Shown in pieces: positions 17,183 to 25,260 of a stretch of DNA of 64,000 nt. How positions within the stretch are numbered: position 1 is the stretch's first letter; each line of letters starts with the position of its first letter. A program made the translations under genes and the position numbers. The stretch lies in assembly GCA_021108215.1 (NCBI GenBank), contig JAIORK010000037.1, positions 20,352 through 84,351 of the forward strand. The letters are read 5' to 3'. The DNA comes from a bacterium. Its GTDB lineage: Bacteria; Oederibacteriota; JAAXVQ01; JAUVAV01. Below the pieces are notes generated by a model, which searched no databases, was not told where the DNA came from, and was given only the letters and a program-made list of their open reading frames with translations.

Positions 17183-17210
17183 GTAGGGAACGGTCGCGAC
17201 CGTTCCCTAC
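17183..17210. repeat. REP-like perfect 28-nt palindrome GTAGGGAACGGTCG/CGACCGTTCCCTAC
   Basis: Read directly from the sequence. It is intergenic, between the stop of 17214..17792 and the start of 16388..17131. Confidence 0.75.
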
Positions 17211-17213
17211 GGA

Positions 17214-17792
17214 TCATTTGACGACCGCGACTTTAAGAATTTTCCGGCTATTGCCGATCTGCACAACCACCACATATATCCCGCTGCCCACAGTTGAGTG
17301 ATTGGTATTCAATCCCTGCCAGACAACCGACCAGAAATCATCCAAAGGATTGCCGGTATTGGAAGCCAGGGGATCATATTCCTGATCCACCACAGTTTTG
17401 ACAAACTCACCCAGAAGATTATAAATTTTAATCGTGACTCTTTTTCGTTCAGAGCCAACACGAAATTGGATCACGGTTTCTTCGCCTTGAGTGGGATTAA
17501 ACTTGTTGTTCACTGCCCAGGCAATGCGTCCTTCCGGCAGTTTGGCCTTGATATCATCCTGATTAAACACACTAATGGCCTGTAAAAACCCGGAAATCAA
17601 CAAATGAACATCATTGTTCATGGAACCGATAATGGTCTCTCCCAAACTCCCCAGCAGGGTATAGGTTGTATTGGATTGAAGCCCTCCTGCTGAATTGAGA
17701 TGCCGTTCATTGATGCTGTACTCATCATCTGTCATGGCCCATCCTGTTGATGCCAGCAGGCATATCGCTATTACTATAATTATTTTTTTCAT
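17214..17792 (-). CDS. Small secreted protein with a FlgD-Ig/T9SS-type C-terminal domain
   Basis: The start is trimmed to MKKIIIVIAICLLASTGWA. The C-terminus is NPTQGEETVIQFRVGSERKRVTIKIYNLLGEFVKTVV...VVWQGLNTNHSTVGSGIYVVVVQIGNSRKILKVAVVK. This follows the pattern v.i.IYn.lGe.V...WdG.n..G..v.sGiY seen in FlgD-like/T9SS sorting domains. Confidence 0.55.
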   Translation of the reverse strand: MKKIIIVIAICLLASTGWAMTDDEYSINERHLNSAGGLQSNTTYTLLGSLGETIIGSMNNDVHLLISGFLQAISVFNQDDIKAKLPEGRIAWAVNNKFNPTQGEETVIQFRVGSERKRVTIKIYNLLGEFVKTVVDQEYDPLASNTGNPLDDFWSVVWQGLNTNHSTVGSGIYVVVVQIGNSRKILKVAVVK

Positions 17793-17836
17793 GTTCCCTC
17801 CTGTCCCCACAGTTTTCAGGCACTGTGCTCCTTGTC

Positions 17837-19141
17837 TCATTCTTCTTTTCCTTTTCCGGGCGTTTCTACAATCGCCCATACTTTATCGTCAATATCCATA
17901 CTCAAACCCTGAACCTCTGCCAAGCTGATGTTCGGATCAACCATTTCTATGATGATCCCGGCAATAGGCGCACCTTTGGCATCCAGCAGTGAACCGGAGT
18001 AGCCTTTTTTGATGCCATGATTACGACCGATATTTAATACAATCTGATTGACCAATCCGCCTTTTCGCCGGACTTCCAGCACCTGCGCCTGCACCCGGGT
18101 TGCATCCTTTTCAGGCTTTGCAGTAACCTGCATGTCTGCAACCATTTCTTCAAGCAGATCCGCCTGGGATTTTTCCGGTTCTGCCGGTTTATCGGATTTT
18201 CCTGTGCTCTTGATAGGTGCCAGGACATATCCCAAACTCACCCGGTGCGCCGAATTGAGCACTTCCACAAAATTGAGCGCATAATTCAGGCTAAAATTTT
18301 GCCATACAACACCCAAACCGGCAGTAATCCCGCCCATATCAACGCCTAATTTGTAACCGCCGCGTACAGCCACCATATCTGCGATAAAAACTTCCAGACC
18401 CACATTACCGTTCCATTTTTCTTCCAAATCATACTGTACATCTCCGGCAAATCTGATATTCACCACCGGATCAGGATCAAATGCATACGACAGTCCGGCC
18501 AGTCCATAAGCAGGCAGAGGATCTGCGGTAGTATCATATTGAATGGGCGTTCCGATGTTTTTCAAAGCCAGACCCACATTGAGATTTTCCGCCAATGGTT
18601 TAATCTCGTAATACACTCCAAGATCACCTGCCAATGCAAATGCCGAATATTCTTCGACCAATGTCGAATAAAGCATCTTCGCACTGACACCGAACGCCAC
18701 TACCTGTCCCATAATCCCAAAGCGCTTGGCTGCGCCCAAAGAGAGGAGCATATCCCTCTGCGCGTTGATATTGCTGATATCGCCATCATAAGTCACCAGC
18801 TCCATCACGCCGGCATCATAATAGAGAAAATGACTCATCATGTTCCAACCATCGCGTAAACGCATATCATAAGAAATGGAACCAAATGCATCTTCCGCCA
18901 ATCCACTGTAATACGTTGCTGCAACACGCGGATGTTTGATGTCGAGCAATGCTGCGGGATTATAGTCATAGGCAGCCGAGCCCTCCCCCAATACAGCTGC
19001 CTGGGCATTTCCCATCCCGGCTGCGCGTACATTGATCTGATTTTTCAGCAGCAATCCCGAACAGGTTGTGGAATCCTGCGCATAGACACTCGAAATTATA
19101 AATATTGCGCCTAGCATGGTCATCACAGTTTTCTTGTTCAT
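17837..19141 (-). CDS. Outer-membrane beta-barrel of FadL/PorV-like type with an extra C-terminal soluble domain
   Basis: It has a signal peptide and the N-terminal motif NVRAAGMGNAQAAVLGEGSAAYDYNPAALL, typical of FadL/PorV-like barrels. Alternating beta pattern extends to about aa 310. A linker rich in K/P/E follows, then a ~100-aa domain (VLEVRRKGGLVNQIVLNIGRNHGIKKGY). Confidence 0.45.
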   Translation of the reverse strand: MNKKTVMTMLGAIFIISSVYAQDSTTCSGLLLKNQINVRAAGMGNAQAAVLGEGSAAYDYNPAALLDIKHPRVAATYYSGLAEDAFGSISYDMRLRDGWNMMSHFLYYDAGVMELVTYDGDISNINAQRDMLLSLGAAKRFGIMGQVVAFGVSAKMLYSTLVEEYSAFALAGDLGVYYEIKPLAENLNVGLALKNIGTPIQYDTTADPLPAYGLAGLSYAFDPDPVVNIRFAGDVQYDLEEKWNGNVGLEVFIADMVAVRGGYKLGVDMGGITAGLGVVWQNFSLNYALNFVEVLNSAHRVSLGYVLAPIKSTGKSDKPAEPEKSQADLLEEMVADMQVTAKPEKDATRVQAQVLEVRRKGGLVNQIVLNIGRNHGIKKGYSGSLLDAKGAPIAGIIIEMVDPNISLAEVQGLSMDIDDKVWAIVETPGKGKEE

Positions 19142-19162
19142 GCCAACCCTCCTTGATCAACC

Positions 19163-19192
19163 TGTAGGGGCACGGCGCGCCGTGCTCCTACA
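19163..19192. repeat. REP-like 30-nt palindrome TGTAGGGGCACGGCG/CGCCGTGCTCCTACA (one mismatch)
   Basis: Read directly from the sequence. It is intergenic, between the stop of the CsgG-like gene and the start of 17837..19141. It shares its 5' arm with the composite elements at 4015 and 5183. Confidence 0.75.
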
Positions 19193-19205
19193 ACATTAAA
19201 TTTTT

Positions 19206-20354
19206 TCACCATTTGGCCATCTCCATGCGGCGTTTGGTTTCCGCATTAATGGGAATATTCAAATAGATATGTGAAAAGTGCTTAAAACCGATCTCATTGT
19301 TTGTGAGATCAATATCCTTGCACACGATTTTCAATGCTTTTTGAGTGGGTTCGTCCAATTGGGCTGTCACTGCAACATCATGCCCGTATAAATAGAGCCA
19401 TCCCTGGACTACTGCGATAATCTCTGAACGATTCATGTAGCGGTAATAATTGGCAATCTGTTCCATCACGTACCGGTCCGGCTTGGCATCCGATCCCAGC
19501 AACCGCCAATAAGGCAGACGCAGATGGCGGCCCACCAACTGGATCACACTCGTCTCCACCAAAAGCCGCACTGCTGCATGACGGCCCTGAACTTTCTTGA
19601 TACTGCCTTTGGCGCCGAATGACTGTCCGAACAAACTGATACCCACCTCTTTATTACTCAATGCCTTACGCACTTCCATGGAATTGACTGTATTGATTTT
19701 GGGAATACCGGTCATGGTATTAAAATCCAGCAAATTAAAATCCAGTGTAATCCGCGCCAGACCCCATTTGCTTGCAGCGCTCAAACGCATATCAACAGCT
19801 GTGGAAGGCATATCCTGCGGCAATCCACTGAAATCAGCACCCAAACTTCCGTCTGTATTTGATCCCCGGGTCATGAGGCCGCGGTCAAACTCGGTCACCC
19901 CTCCGCTGAGCACCACATCCGGCAGGGCTTTATTACCCAAGGCGCCATAACCTGTCATGACTGTATTCTGAATAAAAGAAGGATCATACGGAATAAAAGT
20001 GACCTTGCCACCGATAGTATTCAATGTGCTTTTCATCATCTCTGTGATATCTCTGGGTATTTCATAACCAGTGGACGAAGAGCTGCCGGTGTTGTCCCCC
20101 AAAGGCTTGCACATAATTTTCATGGATGGCGTGTCATAGATATCTGTCATGATCCCCAAATCATTCAAAGCATTTGTAAATGAAGTCACCTTCATTTGGG
20201 GGAGGCTTTCTTGAAGTTCAACATCCACTTCACGCGGATCAATTGATGCGCATGCTGGAATCAACCCAATCATACTGATGCTGATCATGCTGAACCAAAA
20301 TCGCTTGAATTTTATTGGTTTCATAACCATGATACGCCACTCCTTTTTTTTCAT
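19206..20354 (-). CDS. CsgG/HfaB-family outer-membrane secretion lipoprotein (CsgG-like) with a ~90-aa C-terminal extension
   Basis: The lipobox-like signal is MIGLIPACAS. KIMCKPLGDNTGSSSSTGYEIPRDITEMMKSTLNTIGGKVTFIPYD resembles the CsgG N-terminal strand plus helix. ALPDVVLSGGVTEFDRG matches the hallmark A(D)y.l.G.vTEF(d). ARITLDFNLLDFNTMTG matches v.l.lrlvd..TGe. Its start overlaps the upstream gene's stop by 4 nt (20351-20354). Confidence 0.65.
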   Translation of the reverse strand: MKKKEWRIMVMKPIKFKRFWFSMISISMIGLIPACASIDPREVDVELQESLPQMKVTSFTNALNDLGIMTDIYDTPSMKIMCKPLGDNTGSSSSTGYEIPRDITEMMKSTLNTIGGKVTFIPYDPSFIQNTVMTGYGALGNKALPDVVLSGGVTEFDRGLMTRGSNTDGSLGADFSGLPQDMPSTAVDMRLSAASKWGLARITLDFNLLDFNTMTGIPKINTVNSMEVRKALSNKEVGISLFGQSFGAKGSIKKVQGRHAAVRLLVETSVIQLVGRHLRLPYWRLLGSDAKPDRYVMEQIANYYRYMNRSEIIAVVQGWLYLYGHDVAVTAQLDEPTQKALKIVCKDIDLTNNEIGFKHFSHIYLNIPINAETKRRMEMAKW

Positions 20355-20761
20355 TTTTCAATGACAATATTGATGACTTTGTCAACCGTACTACCGGATT
20401 CCACAACAATGCTGTTCTGATTGTTATCACCTGAACCATCATTTAAATTAATATTATTTTTATTTGATTTTTTCTTCTCTTTTTCCACATCTTTTTTAGC
20501 CTTTTCATTGCCTTTGGCCATGTCTTCCTTTTTAGCGGCATATTCCCATACCTTGGCATCCCCAAGAGCATCTGACACAATAAAACTGATATTGGTATCC
20601 GGTTTTCCCAAATCGTCATACTCTTTGATGCTGTCATCTTTGTACTTGGAAATATCATCATCAAAATCTCCGGCCGATACCATAACAGTCGTCATCCCGG
20701 TGATTAAAAAGCCTATTAACAACACCCTCAAACATCTCATCCCTACCATGTCATCCTCCAA
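20351..20761 (-). CDS. Small secreted acidic/Lys-rich protein with an Asn/Gln/Gly-rich C-terminus; candidate accessory or nucleator of the fibre system
   Basis: The 136-aa product has the signal-like MRCLRVLLIGFLITGMTTVMVSA (the start may be at 20740). The middle is low-complexity D/K/E. The C-terminus is NINLNDGSGDNNQNSIVVESGSTVDKVINIVIEK. It is translationally coupled to the CsgG-like gene. Confidence 0.45.
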   Translation of the reverse strand: MEDDMVGMRCLRVLLIGFLITGMTTVMVSAGDFDDDISKYKDDSIKEYDDLGKPDTNISFIVSDALGDAKVWEYAAKKEDMAKGNEKAKKDVEKEKKKSNKNNINLNDGSGDNNQNSIVVESGSTVDKVINIVIEK

Positions 20762-20841
20762 TCAAGCAATCATCTGTCGGCCATCACGGGCCAAACCACA
20801 CATCGACCCGCGATGGCCGCTATCCGTTCCTTTCTTTCGGA

Positions 20842-21450
20842 TTATTCCCCGACAATAGCACCCATGTTGGCTTCCGAATCCTCACCTACAGCAATATTCA
20901 TGGCTCCTCCATCAACTTCCACATTATTGGTCCATGTACTGCCGACATGGTATCCATCCTTTAAATCAATCGATCCCATCCGCGAGGTGGAATTTTTCCC
21001 CACTGCGACATTCAAGCCTGATTTAATTTCCACTTTGTTGGTGAGCTTACCGGTCACCCGGGAATTTTCAATATTGATTGAACCCATGGAAGCATTGGAG
21101 CCTTCCCCCACAGCGACATTCAGCCCTTCCTTAACATTGACATTGTTATTAAGCTGACCGGACACTTTGGCGCCCTTAAGACTGATCGAACCCATAGAAG
21201 CGGTGGAATTTTCCCCAACCGCCACATTGAGTGCCTGTTTCGAAAGTGTCACTTTGTTGGTCACATCCCCGCCTGCTGTAGACACACCATTTTTCATACG
21301 AATCGTGCCCATGTCCGCTTTGCTGCCTTTTTTTACCGCAATATTTGTCGAACCATCTACTTTTACGTCATTGGTAATATCTGCATGAACTAATCCGCTG
21401 CTGGAAATCACCAGAATGGCTGCCACCGCATAAATTATTTTTTTCATCAT
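20842..21450 (-). CDS. Secreted repeat protein (minor fibre subunit candidate) with 5-6 curlin-like Asn/Gly/Ser repeats
   Basis: The signal peptide is MMKKIIYAVAAILVISSSGLVHA. A ~33-36-aa unit recurs: LNVAVGENSTASMGSISLKG / LNVAVGEGSNASMGSINIEN / LNVAVGKNSTSRMGSIDLKD / MNIAVGEDSEANMGAIVGE. Confidence 0.6.
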   Translation of the reverse strand: MMKKIIYAVAAILVISSSGLVHADITNDVKVDGSTNIAVKKGSKADMGTIRMKNGVSTAGGDVTNKVTLSKQALNVAVGENSTASMGSISLKGAKVSGQLNNNVNVKEGLNVAVGEGSNASMGSINIENSRVTGKLTNKVEIKSGLNVAVGKNSTSRMGSIDLKDGYHVGSTWTNNVEVDGGAMNIAVGEDSEANMGAIVGE

Positions 21451-21485
21451 TCATTCCCCTTTCATTTTTTGTTTGCTCAAGCAGT

Positions 21486-23813
21486 TCATTTAAATACAAC
21501 TGAATTTTTATTGGATGCGCCACCTCCTATTGAAACATTGACATTCTGTCCGCTTACCCCGCTGAACGGTATATCGATATCATTGATCACAACCCCGGCT
21601 TTGGAGCTATTGCCAACACTCCCGCCGGCACTTCGATTCTTAATGATCACTGAACCGGAATTGGCCTCTGCACTTGATCCAATGGCGACATTGGTGGCTG
21701 TCATACCGGATACTTTGTTGGAAATATTTCCCTGGAAACTGCTGTTTTCCATGACCACAGAGCCTAAGTTGGCTTTGGCATCTTTTCCCAAAGCCACATT
21801 GGTGGCCACGCCGCTGCCGGTTTTATTGGAAATATTTCCGTGTACGCGGCTGTTTTTCAATTGCACAGACGAAACATTGGCAATGACATTTTTTCCGAGC
21901 GCCACATTGGTCACCACACCACCGGATGTCTTATTGCTGATTGAACCTTTGACAGCACTGTTTTTCATGTCCACTGCTGAAATATTGGCAGTCGCGTTTT
22001 TCCCTAAAGCCACATTGGTGCTCACGCCACCCGCACTGACATTCACGATGCTGCCGGCGGCAGTGCTGTTTTCCATATTCACTGCACCCTGCAGTGCTTT
22101 CACATCCTTACCAAGTCCCACGTTGGTCACGATCCCGCCTGCTGCGGTGTTCACCATGCTTCCCTTGACTTTGCTCTTCTCAAGATTGGCGCCGCCTTGA
22201 ACTGCTTTCACATCTTTTCCCAATCCCACGTTGGTCACAATCCCGCCTGCTGCGGTGTTCACCATGGTTCCTTTGACTTTGCTCTTCTCAATATTGGCGC
22301 CACCTTGAATGGCTTTCACATCCTTGCCAAGTCCCACATTGGTCACAATACCGCCAACTGCGGTGTTCACCATCGTTCCCTTGACTTTGCTATTCTCAAG
22401 ATTAGCTCCACCTTGAATGGCTTTCACATCCTTGCCCAATCCCACATTGGTCACGATCCCGCCAACTGCGGTGTTCACCATCGTTCCCTTGACTTTGCTA
22501 TTCTCAAGATTAGCTCCACCTTGAATGGCTTTCACATCCTTGCCCAATCCCACATTGGTCACGATCCCGCCAACTGCGGTGTTCACCATCGTTCCCTTGA
22601 CTTTGCTATTCTCAAGATTAGCTCCACCTTGAATGGCTTTCACATCCTTGCCCAATCCCACATTGGTCACGATCCCGCCAACTGCGGTGTTCACCATCGT
22701 TCCCTTGACTTTGCTATTCTCAAGATTAGCCCCACCTTGAATGGCTTTCACATCTTTGCCAATACCCACATTCGTCACTGTCGCTCCGGCACTTGTGTTA
22801 ATCACTGTTCCTTTAATTTTACTCTTCTCAATGTTGGCCGCTCCCTGGTTGGCTTTTACATTCTTGCCAATACCCACATTCGTCACTGTCGCTCCGGCAC
22901 TTGTGTTAATCACTGTTCCTTTAATTTTACTCTTCTCAATGTTGGCCGCTCCCTGGTTGGCTTTTACATTCTTGCCAATACCCACATTCGTCACTGTCGC
23001 TCCGGCACTTGTGTTAATCACTGTTCCTTTAATTTTACTCTTCTCAATGTTGGCCGCTCCCTGGTTGGCTTTTACATTCTTGCCAATACCCACATTCGTC
23101 ACTGTCGCTCCGGCACTTGTGTTAATCACTGTTCCTTTAATTTTACTCTTCTCAATGTTGGCCGCTCCCTGGTTGGCTTTTACATTCTTGCCAATACCCA
23201 CATTCGTCACTGTCGCTCCGGCAATGGTATTGACAACATTCCCTTTGACAGTGCTGTTCTTCAGAACTGTGCCGGCTTGATTGGCTTGGTTTCCTTTTCC
23301 AATCGCTATATTGGTAATCGTCTGTCCAACCGCAGTATTGATGCTGCTGCCTTTGAGTTTGCTGTTTTGCGCATCTACTGATGCCTGATTGGCGATATTT
23401 TTCTTTCCAATCGCTATATTAGTAATCGTCTGTCCCTGGTTATAGGTGGTGATCACACCTTTGGATTGGGTATTCTTCATGGATACAGATCCCATATTCG
23501 CCTTATTTTCCTTGCCAATGGCAATATTGACTTCCGTATCCGCGCTCCCGGTATTCACCAGGACTCCCTTCTGGCCGCTATTTTCAAGTTGGACAGATCC
23601 CATGTTGGCCTTATTTTTCTCTCCGATACTAAGATTGACATCTCCGGAACCTTTCTCGGTCTTGTTTAAGACAACACCCTTCACTTCTGACTCAGCATAA
23701 CTGTTCCAGGAAATATAAACCGTCATGGCCACTATCAAAACCAAACGCAAATACCCAAGACACCTGCTTCTTTTTTCCAACAAGGATATTCGATTCATTT
23801 TCCCCTCCCTCAT
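21486..23813 (-). CDS. Large secreted repeat protein (major fibre subunit candidate) with about 19 tandem 36-aa Asn/Gly/Lys-rich repeats, predicted beta-solenoid
   Basis: This is a 775-aa ORF. The likely start is MNRISLL at 23798, with the signal/anchor LRLVLIVAMTVYISWNSYA. A 36-aa period runs from about aa 60 to 735. Examples are GATVTNVGIGKNVKANQGAANIEKSKIKGTVINTSA and GGIVTNVGLGKDVKAIQGGANLENSKVKGTMVNTAV. The core N-[VI]-[AG]-[IL]-G-K-x-x-x-A-x-Q-G recalls curlin Q/N-x-G-x-G-N-x-A repeats. Confidence 0.65.
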   Translation of the reverse strand: MREGKMNRISLLEKRSRCLGYLRLVLIVAMTVYISWNSYAESEVKGVVLNKTEKGSGDVNLSIGEKNKANMGSVQLENSGQKGVLVNTGSADTEVNIAIGKENKANMGSVSMKNTQSKGVITTYNQGQTITNIAIGKKNIANQASVDAQNSKLKGSSINTAVGQTITNIAIGKGNQANQAGTVLKNSTVKGNVVNTIAGATVTNVGIGKNVKANQGAANIEKSKIKGTVINTSAGATVTNVGIGKNVKANQGAANIEKSKIKGTVINTSAGATVTNVGIGKNVKANQGAANIEKSKIKGTVINTSAGATVTNVGIGKNVKANQGAANIEKSKIKGTVINTSAGATVTNVGIGKDVKAIQGGANLENSKVKGTMVNTAVGGIVTNVGLGKDVKAIQGGANLENSKVKGTMVNTAVGGIVTNVGLGKDVKAIQGGANLENSKVKGTMVNTAVGGIVTNVGLGKDVKAIQGGANLENSKVKGTMVNTAVGGIVTNVGLGKDVKAIQGGANIEKSKVKGTMVNTAAGGIVTNVGLGKDVKAVQGGANLEKSKVKGSMVNTAAGGIVTNVGLGKDVKALQGAVNMENSTAAGSIVNVSAGGVSTNVALGKNATANISAVDMKNSAVKGSISNKTSGGVVTNVALGKNVIANVSSVQLKNSRVHGNISNKTGSGVATNVALGKDAKANLGSVVMENSSFQGNISNKVSGMTATNVAIGSSAEANSGSVIIKNRSAGGSVGNSSKAGVVINDIDIPFSGVSGQNVNVSIGGGASNKNSVVFK
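22095..22742. repeat. Tandem 108-bp DNA repeat, block A (6 units; the units at 22419 and 22527 are identical)
   Basis: Units start at 22095, 22203, 22311, 22419, 22527 and 22635, each beginning g(g/t)gctttcaca or close. I compared 22419-22526 and 22527-22634 base by base and they are identical. The unit at 22635 differs at one position. Confidence 0.9.
22743..23221. repeat. Tandem 108-bp DNA repeat, block B (about 4.4 units, three identical)
   Basis: Units start at 22743, 22851, 22959, 23067 and 23175. The 22851, 22959 and 23067 units are identical (ggcttttacattcttgccaatacccacattcgtcactgtcgctccggcacttgtgttaatcactgttcctttaattttactcttctcaatgttggccgctccctggtt). Confidence 0.9.
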
Positions 23814-24469
23814 GAATCCCGGGATACTTTGTCAAAATGTTGCATAAATACTTCGGCCGGTGATATCCGGGATTTGTTTTGTTCGATCCGGTAAAACCGC
23901 ACAAATTGTTTTTTTGCCCGCAGGAGCTGCACACCCACGGTTGTACAGGAGACAGAACATTCCCGGGCGGTTTCCAGATAGGTTCTGTCTTCAAAATAGA
24001 TTTTTAAAATGATCCGACGATATTTGGAAGGTAAATCCATCAAGGCCACCAGAACCCGTTTTTTCATCCGACCATGCAACAGATGATCGATATATCCGGG
24101 GTGGGCATCATCCGGCTGCTGATTTTCCAATACATTATTGTCTTGCAGAACACACCATGACATGCCGCACTGCTTGCGCCAATGCGCCATGCAGGCATTC
24201 ACCGTGATCCGGTACAACCAGGACCATAATTCCCCATCGTGCCGAAACATTAATATCTTTTTTTTCGCCAACACCCGCAGCATGACTTCCTGGGCCACAT
24301 CCTCGGCATCCATCTGGGATTTTAAATAACGGCGGCTCAACCCAACAATCCTGGGATAGTAACGCGTGTATAATATTTCCCCTGCATGTCCGTCCGCCTG
24401 GCGGTAGGCTTCAATGAGTTGAATGTCCGGCATCACATCCATACTCTCTCCTCCCTGATTCGCTAGCAC
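23810..24469 (-). CDS. ECF-type sigma-70 family factor
   Basis: Region 2 is DAEDVAQEVMLRVL...WSWLYRITVNACMAHWRK. Region 4 is LPSKYRRIILKIYFEDRTYLETARECSVSCTTVGVQLLRAKKQF. Its stop overlaps the start of the repeat-protein gene by 4 nt. Confidence 0.75.
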   Translation of the reverse strand: MLANQGGESMDVMPDIQLIEAYRQADGHAGEILYTRYYPRIVGLSRRYLKSQMDAEDVAQEVMLRVLAKKKILMFRHDGELWSWLYRITVNACMAHWRKQCGMSWCVLQDNNVLENQQPDDAHPGYIDHLLHGRMKKRVLVALMDLPSKYRRIILKIYFEDRTYLETARECSVSCTTVGVQLLRAKKQFVRFYRIEQNKSRISPAEVFMQHFDKVSRDS

Positions 24470-24864
24470 TGACTTGATTCCCGTCCAACTACTTGTTCTG
24501 GTTGTTGGTTTGCTTTTTGCAGAATTTCTTTCAGACTGTCCACTTCCACTGGTTTGATTAAAAAACGGGATATCCCTAACGTGGCCTGAATTTTTTGTAC
24601 CATTTGATTGAATTCCCAGTGCAAGACAACAATATTCATCCGGGGATGTGCAGGATACAAATTCAGCAGCACTTTATGATCAATATTCGATATGGTCTCA
24701 ATATCAATAAATAAATACTGAAATGAATTGCCGCCCAGCAGATCATCAAGCACAAGGTGATTGGTGCTGATATAGACTTTGAACAAATCAATATGCTCAA
24801 TCTGTTCTTTCAAAATATGTGCAGAATCAATATTGCCATCTACAATGAGTATTTTCCCGCTCAT
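24463..24864 (-). CDS. Single-domain response-regulator receiver (atypical acidic pocket)
   Basis: KILIVDGN (DD replaced by DG), FIDIE (phospho-acceptor Asp position) and FLIKPV (conserved Lys) match a CheY-like fold. It overlaps the ECF sigma start by 7 nt. The RBS GGGGGG lies upstream of the ATG. Confidence 0.5.
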   Translation of the reverse strand: MSGKILIVDGNIDSAHILKEQIEHIDLFKVYISTNHLVLDDLLGGNSFQYLFIDIETISNIDHKVLLNLYPAHPRMNIVVLHWEFNQMVQKIQATLGISRFLIKPVEVDSLKEILQKANQQPEQVVGRESSQC

Positions 24865-24905
24865 GATCCCCCCGGATATGAAAAATAAATTCCTGCTGAT
24901 TATTA

Positions 24906-24922
24906 ATGCAGGATCTATGCCA
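24906..24922 (-). promoter_or_regulatory. Sigma54-type (-24/-12) promoter candidate
   Basis: The minus strand reads TTGGCATAGATCCTGCATT. That is TGGCAT-N5-CTGCA against the consensus TGGCAC-N5-TTGCA, with GG and GC correctly spaced. It sits about 40 nt upstream of the receiver ATG (24864) and immediately downstream of a sigma54-dependent activator gene. Confidence 0.5.
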
Positions 24923-25260
24923 AATTTCTTCGGCTTGGCAGAATCATGAAAAAGCTTTATTTTATCGATTTTTAATTATTAGGGATTTATACAGAATGTA
25001 ATTTTAGGAAGTATTTACTTCTTAAATAAGAAGCACGAACTTTTCCAGAAATAACGCTGCCATTCATGAAAATACAACACTGTTTTGAAAAACGTGTATA
25101 AATAATTTCCCGACTAAGCTGGCCGGGTGTGGCAGACCAAATTTAAATTTATTGCAATTTATTCAAAATCGGATATTTTTAAATCCTCCTATTGAAGATT
25201 GGCCCAATTCCAGCGCAAGGCGGCGAATTATTTATACACGTTTATATCAGCTACTTCTTT

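Noticed and set aside
22095-23221. Possibility that the regular 108-bp repeats are a CRISPR array
   Set aside because: There are no unique spacers between repeats and the units are contiguous and in-frame coding sequence. No cas genes are present.
21469-23381. Long plus-strand ORFs (21469..22200 at 243 aa, 22197..23381 at 394 aa, 22741..23280 at 179 aa) antisense to the 775-aa repeat gene
   Set aside because: They exist only because the 108-bp tandem repeats keep every frame open. Their products are repetitive low-complexity translations with no signal peptide or motif. The minus-strand frame has a signal peptide, a coherent repeat structure and operon context.
7876-24864. Prophage or tailocin interpretation of the tail-collar genes
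   Set aside because: No capsid, portal, terminase, sheath, tube, baseplate, tape-measure, holin or integrase genes are present. Every fibre-like protein has its own Sec signal peptide.
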